Below, in pieces: positions 49,430-62,334 of a stretch of DNA of 64,000 nucleotides. Below the pieces are notes generated by a model. That model worked only from the letters and a program-made list of their open reading frames with translations, did not search any database and was not told where the DNA came from. The stretch spans positions 38,946,026 through 39,010,025 of the forward strand of contig JAUZTB010000087.1 of NCBI GenBank assembly GCA_034780895.1, written 5' to 3'. Numbering within the stretch: position 1 is the first letter of the stretch; each line of letters starts with the position of its first letter. Origin of the DNA: Rhynchobatus australiae (lineage: Eukaryota). Both the position numbers and the translations under genes were made by a program.

Positions 49430-50386
49430 NNNNNNNNNNNNNNNNNNNNNNNNNNNNNNNNNNNNNNNNNNNNNNNNNNNNNNNNNNNNNNNNNNNNNNN
49501 NNNNNNNNNNNNNNNNNNNNNNNNNNNNNATAATTTCATATAATTCCTTCAAATACCAGTCAATTCCATTTTAAGTATAGCACTATAGTCTCTACTGCAA
49601 TAGTAAATAATCCAAAACTTGTCCAAGTACAAATAACTCTGTACATCTAATTTATCTTTATCTCCTTTTCATGATAATTCTAAGTCTTGTTGGTAATTTC
49701 TCTATCAGTGGAATCTTTCACTATTTATTCACTTGGCCCCTTTAATTTCTTTTGAACTTTTGCCTTTGATGTTCCCTGCTTTGATAAGCACCAATTTTTA
49801 TTATAATTCATTTTCCAGCTATTGTCCCAGTTATTTTTTGCATTACCTTTCCCAAGACTTTCGTCGTCTGCCCTATAATGAAATATAGAAGTGTATGCAC
49901 TACCTCTTTAGTGACCTAATCAATACCTTGTATAGATTCAGCATCATTCTCCTGCATTTTTATATTATCTGTCCTGTACAAAACCAGAATCCCATTTTCT
50001 TTCCTGGCCTTTCTTCCTTTGGCTTTACGCCTTTAAAGATTCCCATATCCACATCACAAGATCTTTTTTACCAGTCAAATATTTTCCAGGCAAATGTTTC
50101 TTCTGCTAAAATATTGATGCCCCACACTTAAGAGATGGCTTGCTTTCTTGTAGCACACTATAATACTGAAGAGTTACATTGTTCACTTCAGAACTTCTGT
50201 GATGGGAATGTGAAAGAAATGCTGACATTAACTCCATTTATACACATGGGTCTTCACTGTTTTATGAGATGTGCTGCTAATAAACCTCTCCACTGTTGTC
50301 TATAATCCAATTTCTGTAGTTCTTATTGAAATTCCAAGCCAAATAGGTTTAAAGTGATTTAATACAGTTAGTTGTTTACTTTCTAG

Positions 50387-50467
50387 ATTTATCCATTTCA
50401 ACTTCTAATGGTAACCACCAGAGGTCGGAATAAATTGCCAAAAGATGTCGACAGGACAAGATTAGAG
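50387..50467 (+). CDS. ABLIM3: ABLIM3 exon, N-terminal part of villin headpiece (IYPFQLLMVTTRGRNKLPKDVDRTRLE), phase 0-0
   Basis: Acceptor tactttctag, donor gtgtgt; 81 nt. Contains the headpiece motif LPKDVDRTRLE. Confidence 0.95.
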
Positions 50468-51505
50468 GTGTGTGATGTGGAACAATTNNNNNNNNNNNNN
50501 NNNNNNNNNNNNNNNNNNNNNNNNNNNNNNNNNNNNNNNNNNNNNNNNNNNNNNNNNNNNNNNNNNNNNNNNNNNNNNNNNNNNNNNNNNNNNNNNNNNN
50601 NNNNNNNNNNNNNNNNNNNNNNNNNNNNNNNNNNNNNNNNNNNNNNNNNNNNNNNNNNNNNNNNNNNNNNNNNNNNNNNNNNNNNNNNNNNNNNNNNNNN
50701 NNNNNNNNNNTTTATATTATTATTTAATGTTTCAGGTAAAAAACCCCATGGATTACTTACTCACACAGACTGAACATATTTCACATTCCTCCAATCTACT
50801 TCCACAATACCTCACTCCCAGTGGTAGCATTTAAATTGATTCTTCCCTGCTTTTTCATTATTTGCTGTCCTGGGATAAAGTAATGTAATGGAGTAACGTC
50901 TTAATGTCCTTCCATTTATGTTCCTTAAACTGCGTTCTTCATGGGATCTTTGTTCTGTGTATCACATCCGTTTGAACATATTCATAACACGCTTCTGAGT
51001 AATATTTTGAACCTTTCTGAGGTTCATTAGAGATGCCCCACATTGCTATCAGCAGTCTGATAGCTGAAATGATGCCCACACTGGGTAGGTGCATCATTTT
51101 GTCCTAGCTTTCCTAAATCACTTCTCTTGATCTGATAAATTAGAGATCCAGTTTGTATAAATTGCTTTGTAAACTAACTATTTTGTAGGGAGCTGGCAAC
51201 CTTTATGTTCTCACATTTCATTGGCTAATAACAGAGAAAAAGTGTCTCCGCAAGATCAGTTCAATGCAATTCAGAGCAGAAAAGAACTGCTGACTTATTA
51301 CAGATGAAGTTGATTAGGTTAAATATCTACTTCCTAATGTGTTGGGTGCAGTTATCACAGTAGACTTGCACTGCTTCCTGATGTTTAATTTAGCANNNNN
51401 NNNNNNNNNNNNNNNNNNNNNNNNNNNNNNNNNNNNNNNNNNNNNNNNNNNNNNNNNNNNNNNNNNNNNNNNNNNNNNNNNNNNNNNNNNNNNNNNNNNN
51501 NNNNN

Positions 51506-51606
51506 CAGAAGATTTCTACCGTGTGTTTGGAATGACACTCGCAGAGTTTGATCGACTTGCATTATGGAAAAGAAATGAACTGAAAAAGCAAGCAAGGCTC
51601 TTTTAA
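51506..51606 (+). CDS. ABLIM3: ABLIM3 last coding exon, 5' end hidden in gap (..[32 protein letters not shown])
   Basis: Villin headpiece C-terminus [14 protein letters not shown], stop TAA at 51604-51606. The acceptor and the expected RHLS residues fall in the N run 51396-51505. Confidence 0.95.
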
Positions 51607-52218
51607 ACAAATATAAGTATCCTGTTAAAGAAAAAAGCTACCTACCCAAGTATACAAGCATTTAATCACACAATCTGTTAGTAGTGTTTTCACATCATAT
51701 AATGTTAAGAAAGCTACATGTATCTAATGGATGTTCTGCAAATATCTGTCAGCTGTGGGCTCAATTTTCCATTATTTTTTGCAACTTTAGTGATATAATC
51801 CACTAATCATCAAGTTTTTTGGGAGTAAGATTGCAGTGGCCATGATTCATATTCAAAACTGGGATTTTTGAATAAACTAGGATTATTTGATATCTATCTT
51901 TTTTCTCATTTATCTTTTGTTTGATTTCCTTCTCTTGCTCAGATGAGATTTTCATATCCATTCTCAATGCATTTTATTATTTTGGAACATTTAAGTTACC
52001 ATACGTATAGAATTGCTGAATGTCAAAGTTCTACAGAAGAGGGAACTGTCGATAAAATGTATTACTGAAGTAGCTCTTGTCCTAGATGGGAGACTTGATG
52101 ATATCACAGATAAACACATCTGTAAATGATGACATTTACTTTAATGATTATTAAGCTTTTTTCTCAGCTGATAGAGTCCCATAATTGTTTGTTCATTGAT
52201 AATTGCTGCATTTTGTTC

Positions 52219-52228
52219 AATAAATAAA
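52219..52228 (+). terminator. ABLIM3: Probable ABLIM3 polyadenylation signal (two overlapping AATAAA)
   Basis: AATAAATAAA about 610 nt after the stop, followed about 30 nt later by GU/U-rich ctgtgtttatttcatttc. Another AATAAA lies at 51871. Confidence 0.55.
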
Positions 52229-55200
52229 TGATGCAAATTTGGCTTAGACTGATTCTGTGTTTATTTCATTTCAATCATGTGTTCCAAACTTGTAGTTAAC
52301 CACTTCATGGAGATTGGGAGGTCAGGATTCCAGCCCAGATCAAAAGTGGAGAATCACTAAACTACATGAAATTTGCGGTCAAGATTTTGCTCCTTTTTTA
52401 TTATGCTCAGCTTTTGTTCTGTTCAGGAGGTAGGAGCATCCATATCGAAGAAGGATGTCTGGGCAGTTCCCTGTTATTCCAACAATAGACATCCAGAAGG
52501 CCAGTGGAAAGTTTTCACCTGCTGGGAGCTGGAGTGAATTGGGATGTGAAATATAATGGAGCTGTATTTTTTTTAAAGTTGGGGAAGGATAATTGAGCTT
52601 GGAAATGATTGATTTCCTTTTGAGTTGTTAAAACATCCTCCTTAGAGATAAAAACTCTTCTTCATCAACCCTGAAAGGATTGTGGGAAAACAAAAACAAA
52701 GCCTAACACATAACTGAGCAAAGTTTTGAACTAAAANNNNNNNNNNATGGCTAAATACTTTGTTTCACATTCCACAATTACTTGCATTGATTTCATTACT
52801 AAACTGATCATGAAATTATTTTATTTTAGAATGCAATGTACATACATCACAATCAATCATCTTAATAGCAACAGCATGTTTGCAAAATTCAACTGTTTGA
52901 AAGCTATATTTTTGTTGTTTTAGTTTAATTGATGACTTATTTATTGATTAATATGTATAATGGTCAAATGTCCATTTAAATGGAGTATTTGTGGCAAAAA
53001 TGATTAGGCACAGTGCTAATATGTGACAGATAAAAAGTAGTGGCAAAATAAATGGTGCCAAGAACCCAATGTAGAAGAATATTCCATTAGATTTTCAATG
53101 CAACAAAAAAAAATTAAAATCTTAGTAAATAATATAGTAAATCACCAAATTTTGCAGCATAAATAGGAGCTCAATAAAGGATTTTGCAAATGCATTGGTT
53201 CAAAAAGATTAATACATGAGGAACTTCAGGGTAGTGCAGAGAAGGGAAAAATTATTTATGAAATGCAGAATATTTTAATCATACTGGTACATCAAATTGG
53301 CTTGATAAGATATATTTAGGACTGAGGTTCAAGCTTACTTGGTTTCCATAAAAAATAAATTGCAGTTTTCATTCTGGGTCCTCTTCTTGTCCAATGCCCT
53401 TATGTAAGAAGGACCCCTGGACATGTGCAATCTTATTTAATGATGNNNNNNNNNNGTACACTGCTTTGAAAGTTTCAAGGGCATCACCTGTGGGCCATTC
53501 ATGCAGAGGCAGGCTGTGAAGGCTTCATGTGAGACATAAAGGGTATCCCCCTAAGCAGAGGCCATACTGGCAGAGGGAACCAACCTTAGGTTCTTTTACT
53601 TACCTGAATGTCCTTGGGGCCCCTTCTATGGTGGTGACTCTCATTGCAATCTTCAACTCCCTGCCCTGACTGCCCCAACCACCAAACCTGCCAGTTAACT
53701 AACTTGATACCCTCGCAAACACTCAACAAGCTCCCAACCATTGGCCCCCACCTCCGAATATTAAAGAAACTCATTGGNNNNNNNNNNNNNNNNNNNNNNN
53801 NNNNNNNNNNNNNNNNNNNNNNNNNNNNNNNNNNNNNNNNNNNNNNNNNNNNNNNNNNNNNNNNNNNNNNNNNNNNNTCCATCCACCAGCCATTGAACAC
53901 CCTCAGCTTCCCCCCTTGAAGACTGCCAATTGTGCCCCCTCCGAGGACCAACCCTGCCTCCCAACAACCAATCTCACCCCACAATTACCAATCCCAACCA
54001 CCCTGTCTACTAATCAGGCCTCCCCTCCACATACTACTGAACTCCCAGCCAGAATCAATCATCAGAAGATCCATCCATTCAGTTCACATGAATTCAATGA
54101 AATGGGCTGTGCAGAGTTGCCCAGTTGACATTCATCTCTGAGTTGTGAAAGACTAATTCCTCCCCTCTTTTGACAATGACTGTCCGACAAGCAGGATTTC
54201 TTCAAGTGAGATATTGAAGTAGTAATTAAAGATATGATTGTCTTATATGATGAAAAGGTGTAGATGCTTAGAGCAACTTACAATTTTGTATTAACAGTTA
54301 TTTTATAGTATCTAGATGTCGGGATTGAGCAAGGGAGAAATGAGTGGCATTGCCAAATACACTGTAGATGCAGTAACATTTAAAGACACCTTTAATCATG
54401 GGAAAATGTACCAAAACGGAGGAGTTTGGGAGGGATTCCAGAGGTTAGACCTAGGTAGTTGTATACTCCACTAGTGATTTTAAAGATGGGAAAAAGAGGT
54501 AGTGGAGACTTGGCATAGTGAAGGGTGCAAGTAAGACTGGGGGTGCTGGAGGAAGTTACAGAGTCAGTGGGATGGAGAAGGGGGAGAAACGGAACAGGAA
54601 TAAATTTGTATAGAAGTAAGAGAATTTTGAAGTCAATTCATGAAGGAGTGTGGAGGAAATGGAGTATGTTAAAAACAAGCATAAAGAATAATTGAATGAG
54701 TTTTTTATGTAGATTTGTACTGGAAAGTCTAGATGAGTTTCCAGTTATGCAGAGTGTCATTCAAAGGGTGTGAAATTATGGTATGAAGGTGGCAAAGACA
54801 AGAATGACAATTTCACTGACTAAAGAATTGTTTGGAAGTGGACGTGGACAGACTTGGTACTGTAGGATTTGAGGCACAATTCATTGCAATGAATGATGCT
54901 GACGTTGTACTGAATATGACTGGGCATATGAGAAAGAAATAAAATCAACAGCTAAACTTCTAGGAGGGGCACAGAATTTTTTTTTCAGGAATTGAACAGA
55001 ATAGCTTCATTCTTGCCACTGTCAAAATTACATAAAATACTTAGTCCCCTGGCTCAAACTTTTTTAAAACAGTACTACCAAAAATAAGCGAAAGAATGAA
55101 TAGACATTCATCGCAAGCTCCGGAATGTAGGTGGCTCAGAATGGGTGCTGCGTTTACCAACATAACATTAGTCACTGAATTTGAAAAATTACAGTGTCTG

Positions 55201-55939
55201 AGACATGTTGGTTCAAAAGGCACCGTATTACCATTATTATCTGGATGCAAAGAGTTTCAAAACAACTCTCAAGATAACATCATTGGGAAAGGTGGTTATT
55301 GGTCTACTAAATTTAAATCCTGACCAACGTCAATTGTCTATACCATATAATTCAACAGAACTTGTTCATTATTGTTGTGCTGCCTGACAATTTTAATCAT
55401 TATTCCCTGAGGTAAGAAATTCAGTGTCCTTCCATATAAGATGCAACAGTGCCCTACAAAGAATGTTGCCCATTAGTTTTGGGAATCTGAAAATCTAAAC
55501 ATCTAGTGTGATTTGTACAGCTGACATAATGGGGCTGATTTTTTTGTTTCCATGGTGCAAATGTGTGCGTGATGGATGAGCTCAAAGTGAGACCTTGGGA
55601 CGACATGAATAATTTTCATAATCAGGCTTCATTACCATGAGTGACAGTGCAAAATGAGCATGACAATAGGTCAGCCACTGTGGGGACAGGAAATCCAATA
55701 GCTCCTCTGTCAGTTAATCCAGGCATGTACAGTTAAAGAGGATAGAAACCTATCCTGAGGAAGAGCAGGAAAGGACCAACACCAGGCCAGAAAATGTTGA
55801 AGGCTCATTTTACTACATTCTTATAAATCAGTGCTCTGGATTATCTGACAGCATTTTTGGATTGGCCTTCAGCAGTTCCTTCAGGAATGACTGCTTAGAT
55901 CCCGCTATGTCCTGTAGCCAACAGATGGACTGTGCAGAA

Positions 55940-56100
55940 TCACAAGAGATTCTGCAGATGCTGGATGTATCTGGAGCAATTCACAAAAAGTGGTGCAGGA
56001 ACTCAGCAGGTCAGGCAGCATCCATGGAGGGAAATAGACTGTCAACGTTTCAGGCCAAGACCCTTCATCAGGACTGGAAAGCAAGAGGGCAGAAGCCAGG
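55940..56100 (-). mobile_element. Penelope-like terminal repeat carrying a hammerhead ribozyme motif
   Basis: ctgcagatgctgg...ggaactcagcaggtcaggcagcatc...gtcaacgtttcaggccaagacccttcatcaggac. Confidence 0.65.
56041..56074 (-). ncRNA. Minimal type I hammerhead ribozyme motif
   Basis: Minus strand reads GUC-CUGAUGA-AGGGUCUUGGCCU-GAAAC-GUU-GAC: complete catalytic core, stem I GUC/GAC, stem II AGG/CCU, palindromic minimal stem III, NUH triplet GUU. Confidence 0.7.
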
Positions 56101-59073
56101 GGTGCACAGAGTTAGTTCACCCCTGGAATCCCACAACCGATTTGATTGGTCTTCGATTTCAGGTAGGTGCAAAGGTGCCCATTTCAAGTGCAGTCTCAGA
56201 ATAACAGCATGCCTGCTCCCCAACCATTCACTCTGCACAACAGCTATCTGAGTCAGATTATCCCAGCCCTCACTGAAATAGTGCTGTCTGCCTCAAGGTT
56301 CAGAGTTGCTCCAGGTCATCCTCTGCAGCCATTCAATATGCCTTCAGTGGATGCTCAACATTAGAAGAGGAAGATAAGCAGACATGACAGGTACAATAGA
56401 GTGCACAAAAAATTTCTGTACCACCAGCTAAGGGCAGGAAACACCAGAATCAGCAGCACTGCACTAATTTAGATTTAATTGGTTCAGCACAAGCCAGGCA
56501 CCATTCCTGGAAACCTATATCTGTTAACAATTAGAGAAAGATGGAATTGATTTCTTTTCTGGATATAGTACTGGTGTTTCATTTACAAGACACATAAAAA
56601 TGGATCTAAAAAGTTAATAGGATGATGGTAGAAAGGGAAGCTTGGTGCAAGCCTGGGTCTGGCTTTCTGTGGTTCCTTCAGGAATAACAGATCGGATCAC
56701 CAATGGATTCCAGAGGTCAATGTCGATCTTGGTCATCTCTCATTCTATGCTGCTGCTCCTGCTCTTCCTTTCTTTTCTAGCTGCCCGGGTTGTGCTAAGA
56801 TCTGGTCTCAGAACGCAGCAGGCCACCACAGACTCATAAACCTACTCTGGGCTACTGCCAAGGTAGTAAGCTCCAGAAATGCTGATGACATGTCTACCTG
56901 ATTACGATTATTGATTTTACTGTTTTTAGCCAACTCTGCAGCTATAACCAAGCTCCTGACAGAAGTCTCAAATGCTATCTGAAGAATCTTGCTTTTGTTA
57001 CCTGCATGCTAAGCTCTAACCTTATAGCCTGGTTGGGATAAAGGCAGCACAGAGGGCTGGCATAGAATAAATGAACCATGACTGCCACCCAGCAAACTAA
57101 GTGCAGAGCTGCAGGAAGCACTGCTAGTATTTGCAAACAGACTTAACGTTAAGGGAGTGACATTTCTTTCTATTTAGAAAGATTCTAGGCTGATAATGCA
57201 GTCAAGGTATTGTGAGTACAGTATAAGACATATTGAACCTTGGGGAAATTTGCTGTACATGTGGCACCTAGTGCAATTTTGTCTTGAATAAATCTGTCCG
57301 TAGAGAGCCCAATCCTCCCAGTGTGGGGAGTCAAGATGATCTCTCAGATATGACTGCAGAGGAACGTTGCTGGTATCATCTCCAGAAAGCTCTGGCCATC
57401 TGAATAACACATCATAAACAGGATTTCCTCCAGAACCCTTGACCATAATTATACACAAATGAAGATGGAATTGTGCAACATGATATGATATTGTTGTTGA
57501 TCATTATATTTTCCAATCCTAATTTTTAGTAAATCTGAGGGATGATATGAAAGCCACATTAAAAGGATTAACAATATTCAAAGTCCAGAAAGTAACATGG
57601 TGATCTTGCAGTGTTGCTATCAATGTACTGGTACTATGAAATCAAAATCAATTGAATTACAGATTGAAAATATATCCTTAACTCCTTATGCATTAGGGGC
57701 AATGGATTATAGGCAAGCAAAGGGTCCTAGCTTGCTTATGCTGTTCTATCATAAAGCCCACCATATAAGTCGACTTGTGCATATCTTCATTGAAAACTTC
57801 TCAGCATCTTTTCACAAACTGTTTTCTCTATGTGATTGAGAGCTACTCATCTTGTAAGCAGTGCATAGCATGGCCAAAATCTNNNNNNNNNNCGACCAGA
57901 TCACAAGGGTTATAAAACTTGCAAGTCAAAGCTTGAAACTTGTGGCACTATCGGCAGTGTGTGGACATTTGCAGAATGGGTTGGTATGGCAGGTCTTCAC
58001 TATCCAAGCAGCAGGGAAGGGGACAGCCAATACAACATTCAGTGGGTGGTGGGGTCCAACAGACAAAGCAACGTGGCAGAACAAATGTGGCTCCAGCTGA
58101 TGTCTTGATCTGTGGATTGATACTTTAGCAACGTACACAAGAGTGTGCAGGTAAGCCCCTGCACTCCACCCCTCCTTTTTGGTCCCTTCAAAAATTTCAT
58201 TGGAAACCAGAGCATCTAGAGAAAACCTATGCTCAACCTTCACACAAACAGCAATCAAGATCAGGGTTCAACCCAGGTCCTGGAGCTGTGATTCTACAGT
58301 AATCAAATCAGGGCAGCATTGGCATCATTGGTACTTGTTCAAGCATCTCTCAACATTAACTAAGTATTAACAAAATTAATCGGTACCCAATTACCTGCAC
58401 TGGAAAGCACATTTTCGTATGGATTTGGTCCATGCAGTGATGTCCTCCATGCTCAAGCAATCTGCTAAGATACAACATCATGACTCAACCATGAAGAGAG
58501 ACTGATGAATGACAAACAGTGTTGCCAACATCAAGCCATTTTACTGATGCAAAGGACATTTCTTATGTGGGATCTGAAATTTTGAGGTGATATTTGGACA
58601 GGAAGAGACCTCTTTTAACCACATCCCTTCCCTGAGCAAAGCTACCAATAAAATTATTGCCAGTAATAGAGTGGAATAATAGAGATAGAATAATAGGTTT
58701 GCGAGATTTCTTCTCCAAAATCAATTAAAAATTAAATTGAATAATGATGAAATGAAAAATAGAACTGATAATAAAACTTTGTTTCCTTTTGTCAATTTGA
58801 TGCAATTCATTTTTCAGTGAAAATCTCAAGTAGAAAACTGACATTCTGAAAAGCTTCCTTTTCCAGATATCAGCCTTTATTTCAGTAACTGCAGATGCTT
58901 CTCTTATGATGAGACATGATATTGATTGTAAATAAAAGCAGAATCTTCTGGAGATAATGTGCATAATTTTCAGATGAGGGTTACAAAGTTCTACTATGTA
59001 GGAACAATATGAGTGACCTAATTTATTTTGTGTAGAAATGTAACANNNNNNNNNNAGAATGACTGAAATGGAA

Positions 59074-59362
59074 ATGGTGGGACATCAGTTAGTGCTGCTG
59101 CCTCACAGATCTCGGACCTGGGCTCAGTCCTGACCTTTGGGTGCTGCTTGTGTGGAGTTTGAGTATGGGTTTCCTCTGGATGCTCCGGTTTCCTTCCACA
59201 TGCTGAAGATAATTGGCTGCTGTAAATTAGTGCAGAAAAGGAGATAAGATCCAAAAGGAGGCTGGAGGGCATGTGAGAGATTAAGGGGAATGGGGCTGAT
59301 AGGATGACTCTGCTGGGAATTGGCATGGATCTGACAGGCTGTATGGACCCTCCTGTGCTATA
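59074..59362 (+). mobile_element. tRNA-derived V-SINE with CR1-like tail
   Basis: gttagtgctgctgcctcacag head, V domain gggtttcctctggatgctccggtttcc, tail ggcatgga...cctgtgctat. Confidence 0.75.
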
Positions 59363-59624
59363 ATAGGCAAGAAACTGTACATAAGCTAGAAATTCTAACA
59401 CCTATCCATACTTGCAGGAATAGAAGCATGCACACACACTTTACACCCCTTCTACCCATAAAGTGAGTAACGATGAAAGATCCTGGAGGCAAAATCTAGG
59501 TATCTGTGCAGCTTCAGGCCTACCACATCATTCTTGCATTTAAGGTACAGTTCTACTGACTGCAGTATAATTGCAATGTGTTATACATTAAAATATTGCT
59601 CTCCAGAGGACTTGAGCAAATTTA

Positions 59625-60620
59625 TTTTATTCATTCAAGGCATGTGGTCTTCAATAGGCTGAGCCAGCATTTAATTTCCCATCCCTGTTTACCCTTGAGA
59701 AGGTGGTGCTGAGCTGCCTTCTTGAACCGCTGCAGTCCATGAGATGTAGATATGCCCACAATGCTACTAAGGAGAGAATTTCAGGATTTTGACCAAATAA
59801 TAATGAAGAATTGGTAATACATTTCCAAGTCAGAATGGTGTGTGGCCTGGAGGACAACTTCCAGGCAGTGGTGTTTCCCCACGCTTTTGCTGTCCTTGTC
59901 CTTCTAGCTGGTAGAGCTTGTGCATTTGGAAGGTACTGTCCAAGGAGTCTTGATGAGTTGCTGCAGTACATCCTGTAAATGGTACAAACTGTTGCTACTG
60001 TGTGCTGATGGTGGAGTGAGTGAATGTTTGTGGACAGGGAGTCTATTTAAGTGGGCTGCATTGTTCTGTATAGTGTCGAGCTTCTTGAGTGTTGCTGAAG
60101 ATGCACTCATCCAGGCTAGTGGAGAGTATTCCATTACACTCCTGACTTGAATCTTTGGAAGCTACAAGATGAGTTACTTGCCACAGGACTCCTAGCCTCT
60201 GATCTGTTCTTGTAGCCACATTCTGTATTTGGCTATTCCAATTCAGAGTCTGGGCAATGGTAACTCCCAGGATATTCAGTGTGAGATTCAGTGATGGTAA
60301 TACTATTGAATGTCAGGGGGTGATAGTTAGATTTTCTCTTGTTGGATTTCATTATTGTCTGGCACTTGTTTGCTGCAAATGTTACTTGCCACACATCTGC
60401 CCAGGCCTGGACATTGTGCAGGTCTTGCTTCCTTTGGATGTGGACTGCTTCATTATATGAGGAGTCATGAATGGTGTAGAACATTGGACAATCACCAGTG
60501 AACACCCCTACTTCTGACCTTATGTGTGAAGGAAGGTCATTTATAAAGCAGCGAAAGGTGGTTGGGCCAAGGACTATATCCTGAGGAGCTCCTGAAGAGA
60601 TGTCCTGTCCAGGCACCTAT
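59625..60620 (-). mobile_element. 3' part of a second non-LTR LINE family (CR1/L2 superfamily), RT remnant plus 3' UTR
   Basis: SGAPQDIVLGPTTFRCFINDLP (PQG..LGP RT motif), AWADVWQVTFAANKCQ, MEYSPLAWMSA...LDTIQ; distinct from the CR1 family above. Confidence 0.8.
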
Positions 60621-62099
60621 GCAATTCCACTTCAAGTTTTTACACATTTAAAAGAATTTTTAAATTGATGTGCTTTCCAGATTTATCTGCATTGCTCATT
60701 GGCCTTAAGCAGCATCTGTATGATAAAGGTCAATTTATTTCTGACAGTTGGTCAAGTGAGTTGCACTAACATTAAATTGTTTTCTTGACATTCTTGAAGT
60801 CATTTTTTTGTATGAATTATGTTTTTTTTCCTTAGGTTTTTACTGAAACACCAAAAATAGTCAGCCCCAGAAACCAACTTTAAAGAATTGTTTTTTTTTC
60901 TTTTTATACAGATAACATTGGGTTGGCAATATATTTTATAATACATCTAGGCTTTTCACTTTAAGCCTACAGCTTTTTAAATGAGGGTAACCATACATAG
61001 ACCATTGTATTTGTTTGTGAACACTTAATAAGGAAGCTTAATTGTGATGTGACTGGTTAATTCAGGATTGGTNNNNNNNNNNNNNNNNNNNNNNNNNNNN
61101 NNNNNNNNNNNNNNNNNNNNNNNNNNNNNNNNNNNNNNNNNNNNNNNNNNNNNNNNNNNNNNNNNNNNNNNNAAAATGTGAGCTGTGGTGAATGACTTTG
61201 AACACACGTGTCATTTATTATCATTCCTGAAACTCTACCTAAATTGCAGGATGAACATAAAAAAGATGTATTTGAGCTGTGGACAAGATAAATAAAATTG
61301 CAGAAAAGTAATATTTTTTTCTTTATGACAGTAATTTGCAATAATCATTGGGCACATTCACTTCTCCAGGGAAAAACTGCTTCAACCACAGACATTTTCC
61401 ACACTTAATAAAAAACATTTTATACTTGTTAATAATGGCTTGTGGCTCCTCTTGGGAATCAGCTGATGTCCTTGTTCTTCAGGAAGGACAAGGGAGTGAG
61501 CAAGGAGGCATTGGCCTGTGATAATCTGGGGAGGTAGGTGACCACTCACGCTCAATCTGTGGAGACATGGCCCCAGCACAGTCCAAATCCAACCCTGGAC
61601 ACATCCACCTGTCTGCTCACTGACCCTCAATGGCAGTGTGAACTGACTCCTCAAAGCCTTTGCACAGTCTACATCACTCAATGTTTGTCCAATTCTCCGA
61701 CACTCACTGGAGCGTGCTCATCCCCACTGGTCCCTTTACATGCTCCCTCCGCTGCATCCCCGCAACTGCTTCATCTGCGCTGTTTGTCTCAATTCTCCTT
61801 TCTGGACCAGGTGTCCTGAACAAAGTCAGTGTGGGAAGCAGTGGGCAAGTCAACACTCAGCACACGCCAGAAATTTGCAGTAAATCCCTTAGTGCGGAAT
61901 CTACAATTTCTGTAAAATCATTATTTAGGTAGGGCCTTGGTTATTACCAATGCAGTTGCAATTTAATGGAAAACTGGATGTTGATGGAGAAAATCCAGAA
62001 TTAGCCAAACAATGATAATAACTGAGGAGGAAAAACCCCTCCCAACTGAAACAAAAATAAAATTTAAAGCCGACAAATTCAAATCTTGAGTAGTAGTTG

Positions 62100-62318
62100 T
62101 CCATGTCTGTTTGATTGGTAGAGGGCGCTAGGACCCTGGGTGGGTGTTTCTCTCTAACCGTGGCACTTGGGAGACTAAAGAAACTTCAGGAGGATGCTCA
62201 CTGTCCTGGAGTCTAAGCAAGCGGGTGTCCCCGACAGGATAGAGGCGGCGTTGCTCTTTGCTGTGTCCTGGTAACTCTGCAGTCTTCATGCTCTTTCATT
62301 TGACACCCTTCACCAACC
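62100..62318 (+). promoter_or_regulatory. Putative promoter/5' UTR of the downstream gene
   Basis: Reverse CCAAT box (ATTGG, 62114-62118), GC-rich TAGAGGGCGCTA, and raised CpG density relative to the AT-rich flanks. Confidence 0.45.
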
Positions 62319-62334
62319 ATGGAGAAAAACAGTG
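62319..62334 (+). CDS. AFAP1L1: Probable first coding exon of AFAP1L1 (MEKNS-V, 16 nt, phase 1)
   Basis: Strong Kozak ccaaccATGG and strong donor G|gtaagt in a locally CpG-richer region. As recalled, AFAP1L1 follows ABLIM3 on the same strand in other vertebrates, and AFAP1L1/AFAP1L2 begin with a short exon (MDRGQ-V / MERYK-A). Identity is inferred from synteny only. Confidence 0.65.

Noticed and set aside
53460-54125. C-rich/GC-skewed segment with several short ORFs
   Set aside because: Low-complexity and probably an old repeat; no recognisable protein or splice structure, and I could not assign a family.
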